From assembly GCA_964016885.1 (NCBI GenBank), contig OZ024746.1:41416001-41480000 (forward strand): 64,000 bases of DNA, read 5' to 3'. The first letter of the stretch is position 1. Each line of letters opens with the position of its first letter. The stretch comes from Eledone cirrhosa. Taxonomy: Eukaryota. A program made the translations under genes and the position numbers. Below are positions 52,690-64,000 of this stretch, piece by piece. The notes below the pieces were generated by a model that was given only the letters and a program-made list of their open reading frames with translations, was not told the origin of the DNA and ran no database searches.

Positions 52690-53078
52690 AGGCCAGCATG
52701 CTTGCCGTGTTACCTGGGGTGATGGCGAGGCTGAAGTGCTGTGGTGCTGGAACAACCAGTTACTTCTGTTTGGCGAGCCGTCAGTGAAGATAAGAATCTC
52801 GCTGTCAGTAGTCCGACTCCCTCGAACGCCACAGGCTGGATAATGTAGTTAGCTGACAGAACACGGTATTTTAGGATTTTGTTCCATTCAGCTCACGCCC
52901 TTACCGCTGCATCCAGAATGTAGGAAGAAGCAAAAGAGTCACTAACTGTGACGTCCCAAGTAAGGCACCTGCCTCTTGACCAGGAGCACAGAGTAAGACT
53001 GTCAAGTCTTTTCCCATCAATTCAGGAAAACCCAGACGGTTCCAAAATTGAGGGGATGTTTGCCCGGACCAAAGCTCT
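52690..53078 (-). pseudogene. CRE-like restriction-like endonuclease domain (not in the ORF track; two stops)
   Basis: RALVRANIPSILEPSGFS*IDGKRLDSLTLCSWSRGRCLTWDVTVSDSFASSY...AEWNKILKY..L...IIQPVAFE matches the DGKRPDG..PW..G..L.WD.T CRE RLE motif. Confidence 0.8.
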
Positions 53079-53264
53079 TGAGTGGTAATAAGACAGTGTG
53101 TGTATGTGCGCGCGCGTGAGTTTGTCGGCGTTCTTAAATTAGAGACACGTGTGTGTCACTGTTTTTAAATTAGACATATATATGTGTGTATCCCTTTCCT
53201 TCTTTTTACACACACATACATTCACACAAACACACATCCACATTGCATGATGGACGGGTGGACA

Positions 53265-53682
53265 GAAGTCCCTCAAATTTATATTCATGTGAATGGAGTT
53301 CTACTGAAGCAGTTAGAGAAGTTCAAGTATCTTGGAGCCATGTTCATGAGTGATGGAATGCAGGAGGCTGAATTAAGTGCAAGAATTGCAAAAGCTGATG
53401 CATTAATGCGACAGCCTGAACATTCAGCAATCAGATAAAGAGGGGTAAGTGTAGAAGCCAAACTCACTGTCTTCCTGGTGTTCCTGTCAACTCTTACCGA
53501 GGATCATGAATCTTGAGTAATGACCAAAAGAATACAATTGCAAATAAAAGTGGCAGAAAGTGCATAACTCAGAGAGCAGAGAGTCACTCCTGGTAGAGCT
53601 GCTACTTCTCTGAATTGAGAGATCACAACTCCGATATTATGAGCATGTGGTTAGAATGTCTCAGTAAAGAATTGCTGGACAA
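53265..53682 (+). pseudogene. Decayed RTE LINE fragment, same family as 1705-2100
   Basis: LKQLEKFKYLG..F.SDG..E.E..ARIAKA. 53570-53682 matches 1760-1877. Confidence 0.75.
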
Positions 53683-53689
53683 ATAATAA

Positions 53690-55035
53690 ATAATAATTGT
53701 GGGTAAAATGGTGGGTAAAATGATTATTGTGGGTAAGTTGTGGGTAAAATGATTATTGTGGGTAGTGAGTGGTAGGTAAAATAATTATTGTGGGTAAAGT
53801 GGTGGGTAACATGATTATTGTGGGTAAAATAATTATTGTGGGTAAAAAACGGACCCCCAAATAAAAAACAGATCCCCTCGAAATAAAAAACGGATCCCAA
53901 ATAAAAAACGGACCCCCCAAATAAAAAACGGACCCCCAAATAAAAATCGGATCCCCCAAATAAAAAACGCACACGCAAATAAAAAACGGACCCGCCTAAA
54001 TAAAAAACGGACCCAAAATAAAAAAGGGATCCCCCCAAATAAAAAAACAGACCCCCCTCCAAATAAAAAACGGACCCCCCAAATAAAAACGGACACCCCA
54101 AAAATAACGGACCACCCAAATAAAAAATGGATCCCCCAAATAAAAAACGGATCCCCCTTAAATAAAAAACGGATCCCCCCAAATAAAAAACAGACCCCCC
54201 TCCAAATAAAAAACGGACCCCCCCAAATAAAAAACGGACCCCCAAATAAAAAACGCACACCCAAATAAAAAACGGACCCCCCCTAAATAAAAAAGGGATC
54301 CCCCCAAATAAAAAACAGACCCCCCCTCCAAATAAAAAAAACGGATCCCCCCAAATAAAAACGGACACCCCCCCAAAAACGGACCACCGAAATAAAAAAC
54401 GGATCCTCCAAATAAAAAACGGATCCCCCTTAAATAAAAAACGGACCCCAAATAAGAAACGGATCCCCCCAAATAAAAAAACAGAACCCCCCCTCTAAAT
54501 AAAAAACGGCCCCCCCCCCCAAAAAACGGACCACCCAAATAAAAAACGGATCCCCCAAATAAAAAATGGACCCCCCAAATAAAAAACGGATCCCCCCCAA
54601 ATAAAAAACGGACCCCCAAATAAAAAATGGATCCCCCAAATAAAAAACGGACCCCCCAATAAAAAACGGATCCCCCCAAATAAAAAACGGACCCCCCAAT
54701 AAAAAACGGATCCCCCCAAATAAAAAACGCCCCCCCCCCCAAATAAAAAACGGATACCCCAAATAAAAACGGACCCCCAAATAACGGATCCTTCCAAATA
54801 ACCCCCCCCTCAAATACAAAAGGGATTATTGTGGGTAAATGGTGGGTAGTGGTAGATAAAATAATTATGGTGGGTAAAATGGTGGATAAAATAATTATTG
54901 TGGGTAAAATAATATTTTGCGTAAAGTGGTGGGTAAAGTGATTATTGTGGGTAAAGTGGTATGTAAAATGGTAGGTAAAATAATTATTGTGAGTAAAGTG
55001 GTAGCTAAAATGATTATTGTAGGTAATAAGTAGGT
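53690..55035. repeat. Composite minisatellite: ~20-bp AAATAAAAAACGGA(T)Cn array (~53845-54815) nested in a GTGGGTAAAATAATTATT array
   Basis: Directly visible: several dozen variable inner units, and the outer array at 53690-53848 and 54824-55035. Confidence 0.92.
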
Positions 55036-55439
55036 AAAAGGGCGGGTGAAATCAAAAAAGGGAGAAAGAGGGTTGGAAGAGGCAGAAGTGGAAGAAGGGG
55101 AGGAGAAACATCAAGGGAAGGAACGATAGAAAAGAGGAGGGAAGACAGCAAGTTAAAGAAATAGGGAAAGAGAGGTTAAAAATGGGGAAAAGTAGGGAAG
55201 AGGGGTAAAGAGGGATACGAAGTGTGAAAGTGTGGGAAAGAGGCGGAAAAGGGTGTAACGAGGGAGAATCAACACCACGAGGTCAACCACAAGACAATGG
55301 GGTCACGTAAAGTGATATGTGTTTCTTTCACAAGAAATTTGAAGCAAAAGATACCAAGTAACCATGTAACTTCAATAGCTCTTCATCATTGACTCCGGGA
55401 GAAACTCTAGGACCAACCACCAATAAACACCCTGGTGGT

Positions 55440-55950
55440 CGGCAAACATGATCAACTGTCCTGTATGTCTATGATCAGATCTCCAGTCAGATTCTTAATC
55501 AACACAGAAGTAGAAGTCAGTGTCATCCCGGCATCTGCAAACGACCTCCGTTATAGAGAGGAGAGTCAGTGACAGCTGCCAATGATTCTACAATCAAAGC
55601 TTACAGGTACCGTACTCTCTCCCACCACAGAGGCTCACAGTAATATACATGGACATTCACCGTCGCTGAAGCCCATCAGCCTATCACTGGAGCAGACTTC
55701 CTTTGGGCTCACTCACTGCTGGACGATAATCAGGGGAGACGACTCGTCAATAACAGTAAGTATGCCTCTGTTTCTCTGGCAACATCTGCACGTGTGACTT
55801 TTCCTATATCAAATGTCTCTGAGACAAAGAACGAGTTCTCGGAATTCCTTTTGAATTACCTGAAACTCATTATCATGACATCTCCCAATCCACAACTCCC
55901 CACAGAGTAAAGCACTACATTCCAACCACCAGTTCTCCAGTACACAACCG
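55440..55950 (+). pseudogene. Gypsy LTR-retrotransposon aspartic protease / pol start, decayed
   Basis: RFLINTEVEVSVIP...TAANDSTIK...YTWTFTVAE..QPITGADFL.AHSLL (FLIDTGA..SVIP / GADFL motifs), then KHYIPTT..PV. Confidence 0.72.
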
Positions 55951-56079
55951 TGTATGTCAGAAGGTAGGTCTGGCCAAAGGAGAGGTTCTCGTGAGCTTCA
56001 CGTTTCCTCTGAGACTAGAAAAGTTGATGTTGATATTCTATGTAAATTGTTGCAAGTTGATTCCTTTTGGAAAGACACG

Positions 56080-56126
<47 letters not shown>

Positions 56127-56282
56127 AGAGATCCGATATTCTGGAGAGGAAGGACTGGGTATAGGAGTTCGAGCGGGACATACGGGGTTAGGCACAACCT
56201 TGGTGATGAGAAGAAGAGAGAGGAGTGAGTTAGGCGTGCCTGAGTAGAGGTGGTATGAGCCCAGTGAGTTCCGAAGAGCAGC

Positions 56283-56784
56283 GACTATTGTGTGAGCAGT
56301 AGAAAGAGACAGAGAACTAGGGAGAGAGTAGGGAGAAAGAAAGAGAGGAGACAGAGATTTAGATGGGGTGTGACATGAAACCAACAACCTGTAAATAACA
56401 AAGACTATTGAGTGAGCAGTAGAAAGAGACAGAGAACTAGGGAGAGAGTAGGGAGAAAGAAAGAGAGGAGACAGAGATTTAGATGGGGTGTGACATGAAA
56501 CCAACAACCTGTAAATAACAAAGACTATTGAGTGAGCAGTAGAAAGAGACAGAGAACTAGGGAGAGAGTAGGGAGAAAGAAAGAGAGGAGACAGAGATTT
56601 AGATGGGGTGTGACATGAAACCAACAACCTGTAAATAACAAAGACTATTGAGTGAGCAGTAGAAAGAGACAGAGAACTAGGGAGAGAGTAGGGAGAAAGA
56701 AAGAGAGGAGACAGAGATTTAGATGGGGTGTGACATGAAACCAACAACCTGTAAATAACAAAGACTATTGAGTGAGCAGTAGAA
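56283..56784. repeat. 120-bp tandem repeat, ~4.2 essentially identical units
   Basis: Lines starting at 56401, 56521 and 56641 are identical, as are those at 56341, 56461, 56581 and 56701. Confidence 0.97.
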
Positions 56785-57006
56785 GATGCAGAGAAGGGCA
56801 ACAAGATCTGTAGGTCTGTGGCTCGAGTGGAGATGACATGAGTACAACAACCTTCGAAGATCTGAACCTGTTGTAATAACGGTGAAGGAATATATGAGGT
56901 GATATCGAAACTATATAGCAAAGAGCTAAAATACTTCATGAATACTTTTAACGTAAAGACGTGATGTTGCAAATTTCTAGTGTAGATAATTTAGAATAAA
57001 ATGAAT

Positions 57007-57379
57007 AATTGTTTCTACTTTAGGCACAAGGCCAGCAAAAATCCAGTGCATTACTGGTACTTTATTTTATCGACCCCGTAAGGATGAAAGGCAAAGTCAA
57101 CCTCGGCGGGATTTGAACTCAGATCGTAAAGGGATGTAACTATGCTGGAAAGCATGGCGTCCGACCCTCTACCGATACTGCCAATCCACCAGAATAAAAT
57201 GAATAATTGTTTCTACTTTAGGCACAAGGCCAGCAATTACCCAGTGCATTACTGGTACTTTATTTTATCGACCCCATAAGGATGAAAGGCAAAGTCAACC
57301 TCGGCGGGATTTGAACTCAGATCGTAAAGGGACGTAACTATGCTGGCGTCCGACCCTCTACCGATACTGCCAATCCACC
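57007..57379 (-). mobile_element. Head-to-tail dimer of family A SINEs
   Basis: The 17-bp AGAATAAAATGAATAAT occurs at 56993, 57191 and 57380, bracketing both copies. Confidence 0.92.
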
Positions 57380-57457
57380 AGAATAAAATGAATAATGTGG
57401 GTTAAAAAGATGTTTTATATTATGGGTACTATTTCTCAATCATATTTCTATGTATAA

Positions 57458-57643
57458 TGAGGACAACAGAATAACTATTGTTTCATTCATATGAAATCAC
57501 TAGGGCATTCCTGATGATTTCATATGAATGAAACAGTTCTAGTCCTCTAGAAGTTATTTCTATATATATAATAAAGATGCCTATACTCTACCAATGTATT
57601 GAGTGCCTTTTTTAACTGTGGTTACCCCCTGGCACAACTCAGG

Positions 57644-57646
<3 letters not shown>
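57458..57646 (+). mobile_element. PLE-type terminus with hammerhead-like core (family E) and inverted partial hammerhead
   Basis: CTGATGA TTTCATATGAAT GAAA CAGTTCTAG TC at 57511-57544; stem I is unresolved. Inverted TGA..GAAA CAATAG-TTATT-CTGTTG TC at 57458-57499. Confidence 0.6.
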
Positions 57647-57740
<94 letters not shown>

Positions 57741-57944
57741 TAATTATACTATTTATGGTTATGTAAATACAAAAACCTTTTGCAGTTATATATATTTTTT
57801 TATACAAACCCTAAATAGTGGTAGGCAGTAATATATTACTACCTTATTACCAGTAAGTTAAGTAGCTCAATGTAAAAACATCAGATGATTTACAGAGCAG
57901 TTATATGAAATATAAGAATCAAAGAACTGTTCAAAACATTTTTG

Positions 57945-57991
57945 TGCTTACAACTGTTTCCTCCAAACCGAGGTTTGGTTTCTTCGGAGCA
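57945..57991 (-). ncRNA. Minimal hammerhead with CCGAAGA core (family D)
   Basis: TGCT CCGAAGA AACCAAACC TC GGTTTGGAG GAAA CAGTTG TA AGCA. Confidence 0.68.
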
Positions 57992-58492
57992 ATTTATTAA
58001 TGAATGGACAGTTATATGACCTCCTTTTCACCCAAGAGACATACAGATACATATGCAAATATTGTGGGTCAACATTCATTACAGCATTTAGAGTGGCAGT
58101 ACACACTTAGAGATTACATTCATATTAAAAGGTACAATCAAAAATCAAAAATACAGATTAAAATACAACATGAAAATAAGCGGTTATATAGTGCAAATGT
58201 TATATGTGTGGCAAGCACGTGCGTCTTGTTTATATAGTGTGGCAGAGAGTTACGTGTAGTAGAAGCACTTAGGTAGGTAAACAAGAGTGTTAGGTTGGTT
58301 GATCTGGTGGCAAATTCTTTATATGATTGTTATAGTCTGTGTGTGGAGAAATGATATAAGCATTAAAAATAGTGCAAGCATTAAAAATATTAAAAGTATT
58401 GGAAATGAATGTTGACCCACAATATTTGCATATGTATCTGTATGTCTCTTGGGTGAAAAGGAGGTCATATAACTGTCCATTCATTAATAAAT

Positions 58493-58539
58493 TGCTCCGA
58501 AGAATCCAAACCTCGGTTTAGAGGAAACAGTTGTAAGCA
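58493..58539 (+). ncRNA. Minimal hammerhead with CCGAAGA core (family D, other arm)
   Basis: TGCT CCGAAGA ATCCAAACCTCGGTTTAGAG GAAA CAGTTG TA AGCA. Confidence 0.65.
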
Positions 58540-58570
58540 CAAAAATGTTTTGAACAGTTCTTTGATTCTT

Positions 58571-58633
<63 letters not shown>

Positions 58634-58635
<2 letters not shown>

Positions 58636-60463
58636 TAATACTAGATATAGGTAATATAGGTGTCATACCAAAAGATTGGTGCAGTAGCATCATTATCAAC
58701 TGCTACAAAGGTAAAGGTGATGCACTCGATAGAGGAAACTATAGAGGTATAAAGCTGATGGACCAGGTCATGAAAGTAACAGAAAGAGTTATAGCACAGT
58801 TGATTAGGGACCGGGTGAAACTAGATGAGATGTAATTTGGGTTTGTACCAGGAAGAGGCACCACTGATGCCCTCTTCCTTGTGAGGCAGTTACAGGAAAA
58901 GTACCTAGCTAAAAGTAAGCCACTCTACTTGGCATTTGTCGACCTTGAGAAAGCCTTTGACAGAGTTCCTCGTGCTGTAATCTGGTGGGCTCTTAGAAAA
59001 CTAGGAGTAGATGAATGGCTTGTGAAAGCCATATAGGGGAGCAGTCAGCAAAGTTAGGATTAGCAATGAGTATAGCGAGGAATTTAGCGTACAGGTTGGG
59101 GTCCACCAGGGCTCTGTTCTTAGTCCTCTCCTGTTCATCATAGTCCTGCAGGCAATAACAGAGGAGTTTAAGACCGGATGCCCATGGGAACTCCTGTATG
59201 CTGATGATCTCGCACTTATAGCTGAATCTATGGTAGAACTAGAGAAAAAATTCCAAACTTGGAAGCAGGGACTAGAAAGAAAGGGTCTCAAAGTCAACAT
59301 GACAAAGACTAAGGTCCTTGTAAGTAGACGAGAAAACAGAACCCAGATCCCCTCAGGGAAATGGCCTTGCTCAGTATGTAGGAAAGGTGTAGGTAGGAAC
59401 TCCATTCTCTGCCCCAAATGCAAACAATGGGTACACAAGAGATGTAGCGGGATCTCAGGAAGCTTAATTAAGAATGTAGGCTTCACATGCAGCAGCTGTA
59501 CTGGGACAGCAAGCAGCAAACAGCCACAGGAAACAAGTACCACCAATCTCTGGGAGGGCTCTGTAGAGACAGTAGACAGCTTCTGCTACCTAGATGACCG
59601 AATTAGCAGCGGAGGTGGGTGTTCAGAAAGTACAATAACTAGGGTAAGAACGGGATGGAAGAAGTTCAGGGAACTACTGCCACTGCTAGCTGCAAAAGGC
59701 TTCTCCCTCAAAATGAAAGGCAGACTGTATGATGCGTGTATCCGAACAGCAATGTTACATGGTAGTGAGACCTGGGCGCTGAAGGTGGAAGACCTACGTA
59801 GATTAGAGAGAAACGAAGCCTGCATGCTCCGATGGATGTGTAATAGTAATATACGCGAACGACAAAGCATAAATGAATTGAGAGAGAGACTGAGCATAAA
59901 AGGAATCAAATGCTGTGTGCAGGAGAGGCGGTTGCGTTGGTATGGACATGTGATGCGTATGAAAGATGACAGCTGCATAAAAAGGTGCAGAGCACTAGAA
60001 GTCGATGGAAACCGCGGAGTGGGGAGACCCAAGATGACCTGGGATGAGGTGATAAAAGCCGACCTTACCCAATTACACCTCTCAAAGGCGATGACACACG
60101 ACCGTGACCTCTGGTGTCACGCAGTAATACAGAGTACCCGACCTCCCATGGGTACAAGCTGAAGCATATAGACAATATGCCCCCCCCCCCCCCACTGCAA
60201 GGTGGTCGTGGAGGTGCCACGGTAAAAAAGCACCCAGCCCACACTGTAAAGTGGACGTGTAGGCGCCACGAAAAAGCACCCAGCACTCACTGTAAATGAG
60301 GTTGGTGTTAGGAAGGGCATCCAGCTGTAGAAATCAAGCCAAATCAGTTCCTGTATGAGGAAGGCATGGTCAGCCAACCAGACACTGCCAACAACAGGAC
60401 AACCCGTCTAACCCATGCTAGCGTGGAAGAACGGACGTAAAACGATGATGATGATGATGATGA
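58634..60463 (+). pseudogene. 5'-truncated RTE-clade LINE (RT + PHD-like finger + 3' UTR)
   Basis: NYRGIKL, FVDLEKAFDRV, GVHQGS, LYADDL, CSVC..CPKC..WVHKRC..CSSC, RRLRWYGHVMR. One stop and a frameshift upstream, then open to 60162. (GAT)n tail. Confidence 0.93.
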
Positions 60464-61519
60464 TATATATATATAGATAGATCGATAGATAGATAGAGAC
60501 ACACATACACGCACACATATATATATAAATAAACTTAGGAAAATTAACAAAGAAAAGACAACAAACAAAAACCAGGCAAAAAAAAAAAATCATTTTTCAG
60601 GGTGGGGAACAGTAAAAAAGATTTTGAAAATAAAAATACAAACGAAAGAAACAAAATTCCAAGGTCTTCAGCAGTCGAGATAGACTTTTGGTAGTTTCAA
60701 TCCCTACCATCGGTATTGCTAGTCAACAGAATCTCGCACAAGCCAAAGCACTGTCTGTGGAGTAAGAGACACGATAAAACAATAACTTATAGCAATTAAA
60801 CTATGACATGTACACATAGAATTTTATGTGATGACTATGAGAAGGTATTGTGCTTTTTATAGCAACGAAAGTCTTGTGAGACTGAAACAGAAAAGAAAAA
60901 AGAAAAAGGAAAGAAAAAGGCAAGAAGAAGAAAGTAAGATATCATGTTAAAAATATAAACCATTGAAATTATTGGAGGGAGAAGAGAGAACATGTTCGTT
61001 ACAGATTAATAATAATAAAGTTAGGAAATTAACAAAGAAAAGACTATGAATGAAAAGAAGGCAATAGGAAAAATATATAACTATTATGATGAGGATGATT
61101 ATGATATATATGCAAACATACAAATACATATACATTTCCATAAATGAAGAGCAGCTCTCCTTTCAAACATGTGTAGAAAACAAGACTTTAACACATTAAG
61201 AAACATTTTCTATGAAGCTTATCAAGTTTACATATTTACATCTCTATTGTGTTCCGTATTATACTGTTTGTTTTAAATAATTCAATAAAGAATAAAATCT
61301 TAACTTGAAAAGCTTCAGAGAAAGTTGGTAAAAACGAGTTACAATCAAGTTTTTAACATGACATGCCCGCACACACACACATACTGACACACATGCATGC
61401 ACAACACATGCATACTGACACACACAAACTTATACACACTCAAACATACACTATCCTACAAATATATATTCATGTATATACGTGTCTCTCTCTCTCTCTC
61501 TCTCTCGATATATATATAA

Positions 61520-61930
<411 letters not shown>

Positions 61931-62393
61931 CACTCTTGTCATGCCATTGGCTGTTTTTACTGCACGTCATCACAAGTTCTGGTCAGTATCTGCTGCCACA
62001 CGGTTCATCAACCATTTTCCGTCCGACACATTTCGATGGAGTCATGCTGGGTTCAGTACTTCACACGTCTGCTCATACTTCAGAGAAAGCACCCGCACAT
62101 ACTAAAGTACACACATAAACACACACACATGCCGACACATACCTATTTATGCATACACACACGTACGCCTACATGCGCAGCCACACACACCACCACATAC
62201 ATAGATCAAAGTATATATACACAAACCCTCACTTCCACGGACCCAGTCACACCCACTTGTTGATACATATCGCCACAAGCCTTCTGACGGCTGCTTACTT
62301 CGCACCCTATATCAGTTGGGATAAACATATCCTACTCAAACATATACATACATACATACGTGCGCCCATTTACATACACCCAACCTTCTATAC

Positions 62394-62463
<70 letters not shown>

Positions 62464-62560
62464 ATATATACACACTCATACACACACATATATATATATA
62501 CACATACACACATACATACACATACATACATATACACACACATGTGTATACACATATATA

Positions 62561-62900
62561 TCATCATTCATCATTTCATTTTACGTCCACTTTTCCCTGC
62601 TTGCAAGGGTGGGACGGGAACTGATTCTGGCTTGATTTCTACAGCTGGATGCCCTTCCTAACATCAACCTCATTTACAGTGAGTGCTGGATGCTTTTTGC
62701 CGTGGCACCTCCACGACCACTTTACAGTGGAATGATAGGGACCCCAGTCCCTATCATCTCATTTCTACAGCTGAGTAAACTGGAGCAATGTGAAATAAAG
62801 TGTGTTGCTCAAGGAAACAACACATCACTCGGTCTGAGAATTGAACTCACAACCTTTCGATTGCAAGCCCAATGCTCTAACCACTAAGCCATGTGCCTCC
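62561..62900 (-). mobile_element. SINE family B, full length
   Basis: Near-identical to 13951-14282 and 50530-50862. Confidence 0.9.
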
Positions 62901-63037
62901 AATGGTATATGTATGTATGTATGTATATATCGACACATATACATACATACACACACATACATATATGTATACTCCCACATGTCCACACATACATACAAAT
63001 AAACATACGTTCATAAACATTACCTACAGACGTACAT

Positions 63038-63076
<39 letters not shown>

Positions 63077-63355
63077 CACACAAAAAAGAAAAGAGACAAC
63101 TTAACATGCATACGCACATCCACATATGTATACATACAAATACCTACGCATATGCCGATGTACATACATCTACACATGCATACACTTGCACATATGCATA
63201 TCTGCCCACACACACATGTGCTTCCATATATAAATATATAAACACAACTGTAAGTTAAAAGTTAAAAATACATTATGCAATAAAAACAATATACCACAAA
63301 ATAATGGTAAATTACAGTAACATAAAAAATATACAATGTAATATAATATATAATA

Positions 63356-63413
<58 letters not shown>

Positions 63414-63426
63414 ATCTCTCCCCCTA

Positions 63427-63469
<43 letters not shown>

Positions 63470-64000
63470 TACACACACATGTACACAGACTCATATATAC
63501 ATATACGGATATATACAGATATATATAAAGGATATGTGATAAAGTAATACAACAAGAATAATAGTGATAATAAAAATAATAAAAAGCATATATAGTCCAT
63601 ATATAATCATCCGCACACATTCCTATGAGATGCACATAAACACATACTTGTATGCACAAATACACATACACACATATAGAGGCCCGCATATGCATGCACC
63701 TGCACGCACACCATATCCATACATATACATACACACACACATATATATACGCACACTTACTCACCCACACACACACCTACTCATACGTGGCTATACGTAC
63801 ATACTCACCCATACATATATATATTCATATTTAGACACACACATACATATACACACATACACCCACATTCCGCCACATATGTATATACATACACATGTTT
63901 GCACATACAGGCGCGTATAAGCTCATGCACACACGCACCCATGCTGATACACACACCCAAGAACCCACCCACGTATATAAATATACATACATACGCGTCT

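Larger units (their letters stand above)
57737..58580 (-). mobile_element. Non-coding PLE-type element (family D) with ~177-bp inverted terminal copy
   Basis: 57905-58080 is the reverse complement of ~58404-58580. (TA)n at both ends, and a hammerhead in each arm. Confidence 0.8.

Noticed and set aside
52775-52800. IFTDGS RNase H-like motif on the minus strand
   Set aside because: Chance reading in an alternative frame of the CRE-like endonuclease relic.
53724-54819. Gly/Phe-rich ORFs and a CRISPR-like repeat appearance
   Set aside because: This is a minisatellite with no unique spacers and no cas genes, in a eukaryotic context.
55998-56972. 324-aa minus-strand ORF
   Set aside because: It is open only because of the stop-free 120-bp repeat and the (GA)n tract, and has no domain.
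62830-62900. tRNA-like sequence with A and B boxes
   Set aside because: It is a SINE head continuous with the SINE body, without a complete cloverleaf.

Overview
AT-rich, microsatellite-dense eukaryotic DNA. The SINE and RTE families resemble octopus/cephalopod repeats (inference from family recognition). I found no convincing host protein-coding exon; most listed ORFs are translations of microsatellites. The window is essentially all transposon debris: decayed RTE LINEs (APE + RT + PHD-like finger), CRE-like and R4/Dong-like RLE fragments, two tRNA-derived SINE families, piggyBac- and pogo-type MITEs, a Gypsy protease relic, a Helentron-like element and several minisatellites. The most notable signal is a set of Penelope-like elements (PLEs). 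Two have Naiad-type RT-thumb/CxC/GIY-YIG ORFs, and several are short non-coding relatives. They sit in or beside (TA)n tracts, usually carry a fold-back (inverted) terminal copy, and contain minimal type I hammerhead ribozymes with palindromic stem III. About 8 sequence-distinct hammerhead families are visible by eye, two with very long stem II extensions and one with a CCGAAGA core. Several inversion breakpoints fall in or next to the ribozyme core, and a TTGAGT(G/A)C motif recurs downstream of the cleavage site. All structures and alignments were read by eye, and boundaries of decayed elements are approximate.
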